From the NCBI RefSeq assembly GCF_030684315.1, contig NC_081382.1, positions 33,862,620 to 33,926,619 on the forward strand: 64,000 nt of DNA. Reading direction: 5' to 3'. This document shows positions 36,775 to 51,160 of the stretch, piece by piece (within the stretch, counting starts at the first letter, position 1; each line of letters starts with the position of its first letter). This stretch comes from Stegostoma tigrinum (Eukaryota). The position numbers were made by a program, and so were the translations under genes. The notes beneath the pieces were generated by a model. That model searched no databases and was not told where the DNA came from. It saw nothing but the letters and a program-made list of their open reading frames with translations.

Positions 36775-38013
36775 TGAAGTAGGTCATTTGGTTCATTGAA
36801 CTTGCTCTAACATTCAACAAGATCATAGCTAATCTGAACTTGGTCTCATCTCTAATTACCTGGCCATCTCCCATAACCTTTGAGTCTTTTGTAGTTCAGA
36901 AATATGTTTATCTTAGCGTGAGTTGAATGAGCCAGAGTTGTCAATGTTTATGTTCTTGTGTATTTTTCTGCTTTCTTGCTGAAGGTACAAGTCTGTTTTA
37001 AGTTATTGTCTTCCTATTTACTTGTTACTTGCTGGGACTAATACAATGTCTGATCAACAGCACAGGTGGGAGGGAGCCCTGCTTTTTCCTTCATGGTCCA
37101 ACCTTACTGATCTGTAGCAGTCCTTAGAAGGTTTACTTTTTCCTAATTCTTTCCCATGGGAAGTGCCTCAATGCCCATCGGTCTTTTTCTCAACAGTATG
37201 GCCAACCATTGGAAACTTGGTGGTGACCTCCATTACCCCTAAGGATTACTATTCTATTTTCAATAGTCTTACAACTTCACATTTGCAGAAACAAAAATTA
37301 TAATAGCAATTTGTCTCACTTTTTTATTTCAAAAGGATCCCCTAGCTCACTGGATATAAAATTACATGCATGATATTCACTTAACACAATTCCATTTGAT
37401 CTTTCACCTGCTTTTCATGAAAGGGAAAATGCAGTGTTACAGGGCAAAAGGCAAGAAATGGAATCATTCAGAGAGCCAGTGCAGACACAACAGATCAAAT
37501 GCCCTCCTGTGTTGCACTGTGGTATTTCGTCCCCTTATTAAACTTCTTTCTGGAGTATTAACACAGCATGATAATTGAGTCTGATAGACATAGGTAATTT
37601 TTCTCTGCCTTATTTTGAGGATGTTGGTGTAGTTTGGGGTGTAGTTCTGTCAATGCCAAATGCCATCCAGTCTTATCCAAAAGTCCATTCTTCAAGCATC
37701 AGCCTAGATGGTATCATAGCAAGCTGTTGAACCATGAGGAGTATCAAAGGTCTCTATTTCCAGCTTAAGCTGATGATCATACACATACAGTTTGTCAACA
37801 AGGTCCCTTAAGGAATGAAAATGGTTGATTTTTACTCTCACTAGTCTAGTAACTTTGAAGCTAGTTGTAGTATGCCATGGAGTTGTTTTGCCTGAGATCA
37901 GATAAATCAGCCCTCCACTGGCTTGGACCAGGGATCTCCAAGCTTTTGTAGACTAGGTGATGCATATGCCTCACAGTAGTTAGGCAGAAGAAGGCGGCTA
38001 AACCAACACTAAT

Positions 38014-38330
38014 GGGCGGCATGGTGGCTGAGTGGTTAGCATTGCAGCTTCACAGTGCCAGGGACCCAGGTTTGATTCCAGCCTCAGGTGACTGTCTGTA
38101 CAGAGTTTGCACATGCTCCCTGTGTCTGCATGGGTTTCCTCTGGGAGCTCTGGTTTCTTCCCACAGTCCAAAGATATGCAGGCTAGGTGGATTGGCTATG
38201 CTAAATTGCCTGTAGTTGTTCAGGAGTGTATAGGTTATAGGGGGATGGGTCTGGGTGAGATGCTGCAAGGGTCCATGTGGACTTGTTGGGCCAGAGGGCC
38301 TATTTCCACAGTGTAGGAATTCTATTCTAT
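38014..38330 (+). mobile_element. Full-length tRNA-derived HE1/V-SINE-like SINE
   Basis: A box TGGCTGAGTGG, B box GGTTTGATTCC, V-domain-like core and a LINE-derived tail ending attctattctat. Confidence 0.82.
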
Positions 38331-39009
38331 GTGAAAGCACTGTTAAGCCAGACATTCACACCAAAAACCAAGGGAGTATTCTGATCACTGTTTTACAATA
38401 GTACACTCATAAATCCAACAGCTCTGACTGACATAGATTTAAGGACTGAAAACTAGGGATATTCAGAAAGATGCTGTCATTTGAGAGCTGGACAACAAAA
38501 GATATATACCTCAATGGGCTTTTGTCATCTATAACTTTTCCATGTTCTGCAATGTACCAAGCTTACGTGGTAAAGATACAGAATGTAAAATAGAATGGCC
38601 TATGTCCTGGATTCTCAGAATCACAGAATAATGATGGCACAGAAAGAGGCCAATCAGACCATTGCTCCTATATCTGATCTTCAAACGAGCATTGAACCTG
38701 CCTCTATCACATTTCCAGGGTAATGTATTCCATACCTGATACTAATTTGTGTCACTCCATCAGTTCCCTGTTTTAGGTTTTGGTTGGGATTTGGTTAATT
38801 ACTGTCCAGAGTTGACATTAAAATTCTTATCATTGCCTTCTGATGCCTTTGGCTTTTAGTGCTCCTGAACTGTTGTGGCAATTCGGAGATCTTCATTATG
38901 CAAATGTGGCTTTGTAGACCAATTGAAGTGCTTCTAATATTTCAACAGTACCACTTTTTGCACTTTTAACAATTTAACATAAATAACACTATTACCAGTT
39001 TGCATGAAG

Positions 39010-39282
39010 TGGTATAGTGGATCAGGGATTAGCACTGCTGCCTTGATCACCGCCTTAGGTGGCCATCTGCATGGGTTTTGTCCACATGCTCCCACAGTTC
39101 ATAGATGTGCAGGTTAGGTGGATTGGCTACGCCAAATTGCCCATAGTGTCCAGGGATGTGCAGGCTAGGTGGCTTTTCTGTGGGAACTGTAGTGTTAAAG
39201 GGAAGGAGTGAGTGTGGGTGGAATGCCTGAGAGAATCGAATTGCTGGGCCAAATGGCCTGCTTCTGTACTGTAGGGATTCTA
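39010..39282 (+). mobile_element. Degenerate HE1/V-SINE-like SINE
   Basis: Shares gatgtgcaggttaggtggattggctac..aaattgcccatagtgt and the tail gtagggattctat with 28737 and 38014. Confidence 0.6.
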
Positions 39283-40069
39283 TATACTGATAATGTTGTA
39301 ATTCTGGTTTATTTCCTAAAAAGTTCAAAATTAAAAGGTGACTGACAATTATAACTTAATTGAAGGACAGAACAGGTTAGATACTGACCTTTTACTACTG
39401 GAATCTAGGTTCAAATACAGCCCATGTTTGTACGGCGAAAGCTTCCTTTCACTGTTGCTTGTTTTTGATAATTTCAATACAGTTCATAATGGGCGGAGAC
39501 TTATAGTTCGAAGTCACTCTTAATTCAACATGAAATTAGTAGTGTGGGAAATGGGGAGAAAAGTCTACAGTGTGCAGTAGGAGTGTAATATCAAGAAGAT
39601 GTAACAAATTAAAGGAAGTGTTACACTCATGGCATTGTAAAATGATGCTAACAAATGGGTAAAATAGTCAGGAAAAGTGTAATGTTACAAATCTTTTCAT
39701 GCCTCTGAAAAAAATTAAAACAACTTTTATTAAGCATTACTAGATTCAAGTACAGTCAGACATTTCATTCTTAATTGGTCTACCAAGTACGTAAAAGTTT
39801 GAATAGGCATTCGTAATTGACATTTACACAACCAGTCACTTCCTGGTGGGATTGTCTGTACTGTTTTTGGAAACAGAATAATGAGACAGGGAAGCGTCCA
39901 TTTTTTTAAAAAAAATCAATACTCAAAGTGGTTTCCTCATGGGCCAGCCTATGGATAACATGAACACTGTTCAAAAAAATTTATGATCTGGCACTTTCTG
40001 CCTTGGACTCACGAAGAATGATTTTGCTGAGGACAGAAAACAAAAATTTAAGTTGTGCCTTAAATGATT

Positions 40070-40405
40070 TCCTTTATTCATTAATGGAATAAGGGTGTCA
40101 CCGCAAGGCAGCATTTATTGTCTATCTCTAAGCTGCCTAGAGGGAAGTTATGAGTCAACCAAATTACGCATGTAGGCTAGGCCGGGTAAGGATGGCAGTT
40201 TCCTTTTCTAAACGACATTAGTGAACCAGATGGGTTTTTCTAACAGCCAACAATAGATTCATGGTCATCAACAGATTCTTAATTCTAGATATATTATAGA
40301 ATTCAAATTCCACCATCTGACATGGCAGGATTTGAACCCGGGTCCCTGGGCTGTTATCTGGGTCTCAGGATTAACAGACCAGCGATAATACCAGCAGGCC
40401 ACCAC
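40070..40405 (-). mobile_element. tRNA-derived SINE (possibly Deu-domain type)
   Basis: Minus strand shows a tRNA-like head with B box GGTTCAAATCC, then ctggttcactaatgtc...aaggaaactgccatccttacc and a ...ataaatgctgcc tail. Confidence 0.55.
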
Positions 40406-43339
40406 CTCTTCTTTTCGACTTTGAGATTCCCAAAATGACAAAAAATAATGAGGGGAACATATGTTGCAGAAGTCAAAAATAAACACACTTTTTTCCCCCC
40501 CTGTATAATAGCATAATTTTTAATATAAAAATGTGACTTGAGCAGTTAAAACAATTCAAACAATAAAGGTAGTTTAACACCATTTCAGATAACAAAATGA
40601 AATGATCTTTGCAAAATCTGCTTTGGCCAGTATTGTCAAAATATACATGGAACTGAAAGGTTCTTTAAAATTCCCAATCTCCTTAATAAACAATGTTCCT
40701 GTGTAAATGCACACATTATTTACATTATGCAGTAAAACATCAATCCTGAAATCTTGAGTTAGCACAGTTCCACTTTGAGCAAGACTCTTAATAATTGTCT
40801 AACTTTTCTTTAATCACAAAATACATTGCTTTTTAAACAATGACGTAATCAATACTGTTTTAGGACTTATCAAACTAACAACTAATGAAAATGTGTGACT
40901 GTGGCAGTAATAATTTTTTGACTGTTGCTATTTAATTGTAGCTTCTATTCTTCATATTCTATTGTATTAATGGCCCTCAGTATGAAATTATCCTAATTTA
41001 CCATTTTATTCTTCTAATGATAATTCAAAACTTTAAAAAATTGCCAGCAAGTGGAAACATGGTTCATACACCCTCTGAAACCTTTCAAACACTTCAAAAT
41101 TATATCACCTAAAATTCATCTACATATTAAGTTGAGGACAGAAAACAAAAAGTTAAGTTGTGCCTTAAATTTCCGGAAATGCTTTATAGTGTTCTGATAC
41201 TACAGCTTACTCAAGTTACGTCTTCACCTTACTATAAAAAAATTTCAATCTGCCACTGTAGAGGATTAAAATGGAGGGGAGAAGGTTTTGAAGACAGGGT
41301 GCATTGAGTTAATGAAAGGATTTATGGATGAGGACAACTGCTTTTGGATGATGTGTCAGCAAGGCTCAGCAATTACATGGACAGAACTTAGTTTGAGCTA
41401 GAATCCAGGCAACTGAGTTCGGAATGAATTGGGAGTTAATGCAAATTAGACTCAAAATTAGTAAACACACAAATGGAGATTTTCAGTGGTGGAAAGGGAG
41501 CTAGAGGAGGCATATGACATCAATGGCAATCTACCAATATGCATTTAGTTATGTACAATTGGGGATGAAATTGGAAGGATTTCTATAAATAAAGCAACAT
41601 GTATCCATCACAGATGCAGTATTGTCTTATAATTTCACACAGATATTTTTGAGAGGACAGTGCCAGCATTTTGACTTTAGTTCTCACAGTTACGGCCAAA
41701 TCATTCCTTAGTGTTAAGGCAGTGCAGTGAGGTCAGTAGTAAATTTTTAATTTTTGTATTGAATCTTCCAATACCATGGAATATTGTCAGTTTCAAACCA
41801 AATCAAATCAAAGCAAGTAGTCTAAGCACTAGCAACATTTGAAAAAGGTTGGAAGAAAGATCCCGGGGAATTTATAAATTGATGAGTAAAAGGGAAGCAC
41901 GTATGCAAATCTGGAAAGAGAATTAGATCCACATTCCAGGTAGATATCTGTCATCATAGGACCATAGACTATTGCACATAAATGTTCAAATGTTGTATCT
42001 GTTTTTGTAATTTTTAAAAAGATGTACAATATTATAACAAGGTGCCTTAGGCATGAATGAGAAACTAGATTGATTGCAGTTTGCCAAAACAGAAGAGTAA
42101 TACTTTTGATATTGGAATACTTAGATACAAAAGACTAAATTAAATACAAATTTTTGCACACAAGTTAGATGACTTCATGTTATCCACAATTAAAAAGCAT
42201 TTCCTTTTGTTTAACATTGACTTTTTATTTCTTTAGTTATCTCCATCTCTTCTCCCAATTTTGCTATTGAGTTTCATATATTTGCATTTTTAGGGGTGCT
42301 TCTGAGTAAGAGATGCCACCAAAGAGTTTTACATTGAAGGGAAAAGTTCTCTTTTCACTGACACAAAGTCAATGAAGTAAAATCTTATCAACATTCACAA
42401 CTATTCAACTTGAAATGCTTTTTGACTATTTTGAGAAATGTGCCTAATTGTTTCAGAGGTTTTTGGATTTAAAAATGCTCCCTACTTTCAGACTTGCATT
42501 TGGTTCTGATTATTATTTAAAAAGAAACTTTTTTCATTTATTTTCCAGATGTAAACAGTATATTCAAATTTTAAGTAATTAGTTCATTCAGTGTTGTTGG
42601 GTCAAAATCCTGAAACTCTCCTCTGAACAGCACTGTGGGTGTACCTGCACACAAAGGACTGGAGCAGCGCAGCACGACCTTCTCCAGGACAACATATGCT
42701 GACCCAGCCAGTGACAGCCACACCCACATCTGACGAATGACTAAAAGAACAAAAGAAGCCTGTCAGGATTTGCTTTGAAAGTCAACCCCTCTCATTCAAA
42801 ATTTTAAAGCAAAAAAGGCTTTAAACTTGTCAACTGTGATAAATCGGGTGGCCAATCGAGGTGTGCTTGTTCAGTTGAAATATTCAGAGCAGAAAAGTTA
42901 CTAATTTAATTCCATGCTACTACTAATCTGGTTCATCTCAATTAAGATGGCAGAGGAGGTGCCTCAGAACCTGAATTATGGAGGCAAAAGTTAACTGGAG
43001 TCTCAACACAGAGTTCTTGTTGGAAGTGTGTACATGAAGGTGCCAGATGCAAGACAAGTTCAGGCTTGGCTGCAGCACTGGTTGAAATGCCTGCAGACGA
43101 TCATTTTCATGACACATAAAAGATTGGGAATTCTCATATTTTGACTTGGGCTCTCAAACTCTAAACAAGAGAGAAGCATACCAAACCATGGGAACATCAC
43201 TCCAAGTTCCTTGCCAATCCACACGTGATATCAATTTGGACATACATTCCTGTTCCTTCCATCATTGCTAGGCTAAATTTCTGGAATTCTCCACCCAACA
43301 ACATTGTGTGGGTATCAGTACATGAGACATAAAAACAGA

Positions 43340-43702
43340 CTGTAAAGACTGGGATGTTTTTCAGTGGAGTATAGAAGTTTGAGAAGTGACCTTACTGAGG
43401 TTTATAAAATCATGAGGGGCATAGATAATATGAATGACAAGGATCATTTTCCTCGGGTAGGGGATTTCAATGTGAGGAGGCTTATACTTAAGATGAGAGA
43501 AGAAAGATTTAATAAGGATGACAGGCAACTAGCGTGTGGAATGACTGCCAGACAAAATAGTGGATGCAGGTAAAGTTGCAACATTTAAAAGACTTTTAGA
43601 TAAGGGCAGGCAAGTAGGACTAACTTAGCTTGGGAACACGCTAAGTGTGAACTAGTTAGACTGAAGCAGTTGTTTCCAAGCTGTATGATTCTATGACTCT
43701 AT
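43340..43702 (+). mobile_element. CR1-type LINE 3' fragment
   Basis: LRSDLTEVYKIMRGID remnant and a ctatga tail. Confidence 0.7.
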
Positions 43703-46492
43703 AATTCACTAGTACTTTTCCCAAGTGAACTAGAAAACAGTTATGAATGTGTTAGCGTTTCTACACTTCCCAGAACATTTTTAAAATAAATGACAACTTG
43801 GGAAGTGTTCCAGAGAATGAGTGAACAATTGTAAAACCAAATGCCAGTAAGGAGGAGAAGAAATGGAAACAAAGTTGATCAGAAATATGTCAATTGAAAG
43901 CCAATCTATATATACATACTGGTATATTCATAACTCATTGATCACTAACCATATATCCCACAACATTTGCTTTTGTTGCCAAATCTTTCCTGCCAACGGT
44001 AGTAAAACTCTGACTGTGGGTAGCCTTCTAACACTGCAGCCCACTGGCTTTTTCAAAAATGAAAACCTAGACAGTGATGTAGTAGAGACATTTGTTTACA
44101 GAAGACAGGCCAGGCATCAGCTAAATCCAATCTTTGCCCATACATACCCACTTTCCAACCGAAAGCACTAGATAATAACCAGGTTCAGAAGCATCGGTTG
44201 ACATTTTCCCTCCCTAGCCCATGGAAAATCAAGTGCAGTGTGTATGCTGCCTGTTGTCCTGATATCAGCTAACTCAGCACGAATAGTGAATCAAAACTAG
44301 TATCCAATTAAAGAAAAAAACTAGATTCTTAAAATTTTAGTTTCTTTAAATAGCACTTCAATTTCTATCTAACTAACTCCATGGTGTTCCCACTGGCTTT
44401 GCAATGAATATTGTACAACGCAAGATGAATCAGTTAAAATAATATTGGGTTTGAAAACATGTACATCTTAGAAAAAAAAAGATCACTTATGGCAGGAGAG
44501 AAAATTATGCCTCATTTGTATGATGTTGCCATGTTAGAATGGAAAAAAGGATTTCAATTAATGACCTGGTTAATCAAAAATGCTAACATCAACAAGAATT
44601 ATTATACTTGAGTAAAGATGTTCGAAAGAAGAGACATAACAGACGTGAAAGGTGAGCTGTTTCTCTCTGCACAGATGCTGACAGAACTGCTGAGTTTTTC
44701 GAGTATTCATTGTTGGTTTAAGAACTATTCTATTTTTCATTAGTTCATGTCTCACAGCACCAGTGAAACAAATCAGCCCAAACAATTTGGTGACAGAAGT
44801 ATGGAATTCGATCCTTTGTCATGCATTGCATGTTCCCTCCTATTTAACTGTCACCACTCTTCTAATAATTCAGCTGCCTGAAGTCTTCACACATTAAAAT
44901 AGCCTCAAGCAGTGGTTGATATAACAAGATTAAAATTATAAATTACTGAGTAACTCTATTAGTCTGTCATACTGTGTTGGGGGTCTCCTTGATCACACAG
45001 CTGGCATTAACTATGGATTTACTCAAGTGTATGTCTCATTTTATTTATCTGCTTTCTAATCTTACATTTGTTTCTCCACACACTTTCCCATTGTTAAAAA
45101 AAATTCCAGCCTATTTTCTTGTCGATCCCAAAATTTTTTTAAAAATGCAGCAAGTCAAACACCAGGAAAGAAAAAAAAATACGGTTCTGGCTTAGTTATT
45201 TACACTGCTGGCATCTGAGTCAGGGACTGTGGATTCAGGTCCCATGATGGATGCAAGCACATTGTCTGATGAATAATATTTAAGTTGACAAAAATAAATC
45301 ATAGCATATTTTAAAAAACATGGAAATTTCCTTTATTTAGCCAACATCTTCCCTCCCACCAAATTAAATGTCAGAAGATACGGCTGTGACAATGTGCACT
45401 AATATGCATCATTAACAGGTAAACCGGAGGGACAGTCAAATGATGGTGGAGTGATTGTAGAAAAAAAAGTTACATTTACACGTAAAGATTTATACCGAAT
45501 TTTAGATAATCCTACGAAGTCAACAGGAGGAAAAAGAAAGAATGGTATATTATGGTCAATTAATAATCTTGGGCCCTCCCATGAAATTGAAAGTTCCACT
45601 CATTAACTGGACATTCATGCTGTGCATAATTTGGCTCCTGCATTCACTTCACTTTAATTGAATTACTGTTCCAACGATTATAAAGCTTGTTTAGACATTT
45701 TAAAGAGATGCTGAGACATCAGATAAATTCTCTCTTCTTTGTGGAGTGAATTCTCCATAGTTGACTATGTATTTAGAATCTTAACATTCTTGGTTATCTG
45801 TAGGTCAATGACATTTTTCCAAATATTATTGACTGCAGAGATGGGTGGGACGAGCAGGGAAGTCAACTTATTCACTTAGCAGGCAAAATGACTATGTGTG
45901 GAGGCAAGCAACATCAGAAACAAAGACATTAAAAGTCAGAGCAGCAGTAATATGCAGTAAAATACATCACTAAGGTAAATGGCGAGTCTACAGATGCTAG
46001 AAGGAGAAAAGATTACAGTGAAAATCACACTATGTAATGATTTATGTATAACTTTATACAACTTTATAATTTACACACAGATTTACATAGGTACTTATAA
46101 TACATATTTGTAATATATCTATTCTGAAATTGCATATTTTGTACATTCTTGATGCTTATTTATTCATTTTCAATGGCAATGGACAGGTAACTAACAAACA
46201 TATTTGTAAGGTTAGTGTGGCATAGTCGGAATTCATCTTTTAATTCTTCATCATGTTAAATTTAAGAACATATAGCAGATCCACGCTTTCATTTTAAAAA
46301 TGTATAAACTCAATGTAAAGTTTGTTAATACTTTGATTTGGGAGCCAAAAAGGTCGGGAAGTCATTTTAGCATTAATTAGTAATCCTTACTGATGTTTTC
46401 TTTTAAAAAAAAAAGACACAATATATAAATATGGTTTACTATTTGCTTTTGTGCAAACAAATGGGGATGAAGAAAGAAGTGGGTGCGGGGGG

Positions 46493-46493
46493 A

Positions 46494-46528
<35 letters not shown>

Positions 46529-46556
46529 GACTGAGAGCGAGAGAGAGCAAGAGAGA
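46493..46556. repeat. (GA)n microsatellite, interrupted
   Basis: A pure GA run at ~46495-46520 followed by imperfect GA units. Confidence 0.9.
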
Positions 46557-49500
46557 AATCAATGCTAAAGCAAATGCAAGAGACCAATTAAATCCCTTTC
46601 CAATTGTATTTGAATAGCTGTCCAATTAAAACACACAAATAATTACAAATCAACAAAATATGAATAATTTTGTAATTTATTCCTAGCAATTCAACTGCTC
46701 TAGGTAAAAATGTCAGATTTTACTGTTCTGACAAGAGGTAAATTCCAAATGGATGGGTTTATTATTAAGATATCTTATGACATTTTGATTGAGATGCTGA
46801 CCATTGAAAAACACTGCAGCTTTAAAATAGGGCTGTTAAGACATGAAATTAACAACATTTCTGGTTACATTTAAAGAGAAATAAAAGTAGGCTTTCAACA
46901 TGAAAATTGTAAATAAAGCCTATTTCACGGCATTGAGTAATACTTTCTACTGCTTTGAAAAAATGTGTAAGCACACTAGTATAATTACAGTCACTTACAC
47001 ATGTAAGAATTCAACAATCAAAATAACAAACCTGAGAAAAGTGTTGCTACTAGTTTGAGGTTTTAATGACCCCTGAGGACACAGAACTGAAGTCTTAGCA
47101 TCAATGACAATTCAGAAATAATTAAATCTTATACAGCATCCAACGTGGGTACAAGGCAGGCCAATCTCATTAAAAGCACACTGCAATAATTATTTCTTTC
47201 TTGAGTGAGTAAATAGGATAATTGCAACTTTTTTTAGTCATTTGAGCATTAACAAAAATAGAAACTTAGCATTACAGTTTCTTAAGAAAACATTAAAACA
47301 GAGCCAACAATGGAAATCTACCTTTCCTTTACCCTGATTGAGGGATCGTTGCATCAGTATCAAACTGCTGCATTCAGGCATATCTAGATAAATCAAAGTT
47401 CCCTCTAGTTTGCCCCAGCCTTGTTAGAACAGTATGACTTCAATGGTGTGAATTTTTTTTCAACCCATGCCTATCAATGTGACATTGACAATTAGTATGC
47501 AATTAAATGTACGTAATTTTGTGCAGATAGCCCAAGTCTACTGGAAACTGTCTGAAGGGCAAGCAGATGAAAGACACTTTGGTCTGACCATTTCTGGTTG
47601 GATTTGAACCTAGGTACCTTAGATGACAGACATGCTGATCCAGGGCCACCACTATTCGAAATGCCATTTCTTCCAAAAATTATGCCACACAGTACTCTTA
47701 TAATCCACATATTATCCATGTACCCGCCAGCATAGAACTCACATAATCACAAGGAATTGGAAATAAGAAAATTTGGTGAATGTTTGCAAAAGGAGCAGAA
47801 AATACTGGAAAATCACGAATTGCTGAACAGTATTTCAGGGACGTTTATATGGATCCCACCCAAACCGCTCTCACTTTACTGACTGATTATGAATTTTTTG
47901 AAGAAAAATTATTCCTTTCCCTACATGCCTTTGATATCCCTACTTGCTTCTCAATACTACTTCTGCCCTTTTCTCACTCTGATCTTCATCTTTAATTGAT
48001 CTTTTTCAAATTGCCTTTTTCTAAAAAAAAAGTCATTTGATTGTTCAGATTCTGGCGGGATGAGGGCAAAGTGTAGAGAAGTGCAAGGATGACAGATAAT
48101 GAGCAGGAAAGCCAACAAAGCACTCACAGAACAGATGTCTGTTCTGTAAGTAAAAGTATGGCAGCAAAACCAGGACTCTAAAACACAGAACCTGATTTAG
48201 AAGAGAAATGGCACAGAAGAAAAACATTATAGGATTAAAAGTTGGAATGGTAAGAAATCAGATAGTAAGGGCAATTCTCATGGGCAGTAGCCAGAGTGCA
48301 GCATGTAGGTTCAATACATTGCTGTTACAAAAGTTAACCACTGGAGCATATACAGAACATAAAAGATACAAAACACTATGGATGAGGGAAATATTTTGCA
48401 CAGAAAAATATTTAAGTTCCTCAAGTGAACAGTTCAATTTCAAATTTTTACTGTTCAAGTGCTGGGGTACAATGATTTCTGGATATTATCGCCAAATACC
48501 CTTTGTTCCTCTGTGAACCTTGACAATCACTGCAGGCTGGATGTCTGTAGAAGTATCCCAACTAAGCCTGATTCCATTCGTAACTGTGGTTCATACAAAT
48601 ACATTTCCAGCAGGGGTCACTGAAGAGTAAACAAGAGTAGGAACCCTCAGCTCAATTTCACCACTTCTGCCCTTTCAACAGTGCCTTCTGCACTGCAATC
48701 CCACTTCCCACCCCCTACCCATTTCCTTACATAAGCTGTTGAAATCAGTGTTTAGCACAAACTAGGTACTGAACCTGTATCACATTACCCAAAGTTAAAT
48801 GGCTTATGATTTACAATAAAAGTTAGAAACTAACTGGTCTCTTCCCTCAAATGAGTAAAGGAGCATTTCTCATGTTTATACCTTATCTTAAGTATTGTAA
48901 TTTGAAGTATCTTTGAAGCACAGTTATGTGTCATGGAAAATAGGCTTTATTTCCTCAGTATTTTTAAATGAAGGGAAGTGCCCCAACAACTTAATTAAAT
49001 TGAACCTTTCTTTAAAAAAAAAACTAACCTTTTGCTATTTAACAGTTTTTATAAAAAAAACCTGACCAAACAGTCCCTAAAGTTGAATACTCACTCCTCT
49101 CAGAATATTGCATATATCTGCAAAAGAGCGGTCATGAAAACAGCTCCTCTCCTCAAATCTTTTGCCAGCAAAACTCAAGAGTAGTGTTTTGTTCTACTTG
49201 GAAGGGATTGATGGCAGGGATGTGAAATTGAGAATTCAGTTCAGTCACCATGCTTCAAAAAAAATCAGCTTAATGAGAAATTAGTATTTTATTTGGCCTA
49301 AGATGATCAAAAAGGGACTTCTTTTTCTTAAAAAAGTATCATGCAAAGATTGTACTGCCTCTTTGGGGCAGCTACAGTACCGGTCCCTCATACTGTACCA
49401 GCTTAATTAATAAATAACAAGGCATTGGCAAATTTGGTCTGTTGACAGGCCATGGCTATGAACATATTAGCTTTTTGTGATTCATTAAAGCAGAAATACT

Positions 49501-49743
49501 AATTGTGTTAAGATATTTAACCCAGCTACTTCTTTAAATGATTCTTTTAGTTACTGGCAGGCATTCCTTTTTGTCTATTGCTCTGCTCCACTTGGACAGC
49601 ACCAGTTGCCGGAACAGAAAACAAGATATATTTCCTGTTTATACCCAATAGGAGATCTGCTCAATCATTCCAGTACAGCAGGCCTCAAAATCTGCTGAAA
49701 ACTTGGCAACATATGTATTTCCTCCTTACAACATTGATAAAAT

Positions 49744-50019
49744 TCAGGCTTGTTCCTTGTCTGCTCGCCACAGTTGCTCCTTAACCTCAGATGGGAGTGT
49801 ATTGAAGAGATCATCTTCCACCACGAGGCCACTTCGTTTCAGCAGTCGGCATTCTCCCAGTTCTACAGGGAGACACTCCAATCTGTTTCCTCGAAGCTCC
49901 AGTTGCGTTAAACTCGTCAGTTCACCGACCCGTGATGGCAGTGATATCAGGCAGTTATTCCCTAGGTTTAGAGTTCGGAGCTTACGACATTGAAACAGTT
50001 CAGGTGGCAGAGTTTCAAT
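49744..50019 (-). CDS. LRRC8A: LRRC8A last coding exon (91 aa plus stop)
   Basis: Acceptor ...cataccatgcag|ATT GAA. Translates IETLPPELFQCRKLR...EVKEQLWRADKEQA*, the characteristic LRRC8A C-terminus. Confidence 0.97.
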   Translation of the reverse strand: METLPPELFQCRKLRTLNLGNNCLISLPSRVGELTSLTQLELRGNRLECLPVELGECRLLKRSGLVVEDDLFNTLPSEVKEQLWRADKEQA

Positions 50020-50979
50020 CTGCATGGTATGACAGGGAAAATAAGAGATAAAGAACAATAATGTTAAATATTTTAACTGCTGCACATGCTGGCTGAAGTA
50101 GCATTTATCAAGAAAATGCTTGTTATTTCAGAGAATACCAAAGACAATTTTGGGAACTCTCCAAGTTTTAATTTATAGTATAAACATTTGAATTTTGGAG
50201 GAAATAATTTTCACACTGGCTACAGAAGACATACAATTAAACATGCAGTATCCTCCAGCAAATTATTTGCAAATTTATGCCTATATTTGGCTCTTGGGCT
50301 TTATGCATCCACAGAATACCAACTAAAATTAAAGTAATATTTTTACGATATCCACTTTTATAGCATACATCCCCAGTTGTCCAACATAACTTTTGAATAG
50401 TATGATTTAAACTGAATGGCTTGGGTGATTTATTTAGAAAAATGTAAACTTCAGAGAATTTTTCTTTGGAAGTAATTATTTCTAATGCTTATTTCATTTT
50501 AGGCAGCCGGGTGTCATTCCATCTTTCTGCTGGTGAGAGCGCGGAGCTGGGTGAGCATTCATCTGTTTCCTAGAACTGTTTTGATGAGCAGGCTTAAGAT
50601 TATGTACTGAAAATTAAAAATAAACAGAAACAAAAACAAAATCAACTTCACCTATAGCATGTGCAAGAACATGTTACAGCCATGTTTAAAAAGGCTTTCA
50701 TCATTGTCATACTAAGGGCAAATCTCAACTGCTGTAATTACAAGAAAAATGCTGCCCAGAGTAATCTAACAGCCTTATTTTTAAGGTTCAAGGAACCACA
50801 GCACTAAGTAGTTGAGGGGAAGCCTAAAAGGCCTCAACATCAACCACTTAAAGAAAACACAAATAATTCAGTTCTTACTTGGAAACTAAAAGGTGAATAA
50901 ATTAAAAAAGGGAAATTGTAAGATTAAAAAAAACATACTGTAAACCATATAAGCATTTATATTAGATATCAAAACCAGA

Positions 50980-51160
50980 ACTCTCCTCCTATCCTCTTTT
51001 CTCTCCATCTTCGGTCCGCCTCCCCCTCACTCCCTATTTATTCCAGAACCCTCACCCCATCCCCCTCTCTGATGAAGGGTCTAGGCCCGAAACGTCAGCT
51101 TTTGTGCTCCTGAGATGCTGCTGGGCCTGCTGTGTTCATCCAGCCTCACATTTCATTATC
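50980..51160 (+). mobile_element. Short PLE 3'-end fragment in the last LRRC8A intron, with an intact hammerhead-like motif at 51069-51096
   Basis: Matches the PLE termini at 16430-16570 and (reverse) 55840-56000. Motif CTGATGAAGGGTCTAGGCCCGAAACGTC. Confidence 0.85.

Noticed and set aside
38014-38085. tRNA gene
   Set aside because: The A/B boxes run straight into a SINE body and LINE-like tail, so this is a tRNA-derived SINE head.
50020-50085. Apparent independent 113-aa LRR protein start (MQQLKYLTLL...)
   Set aside because: This is intronic sequence upstream of the acceptor. The remainder is the LRRC8A last exon.
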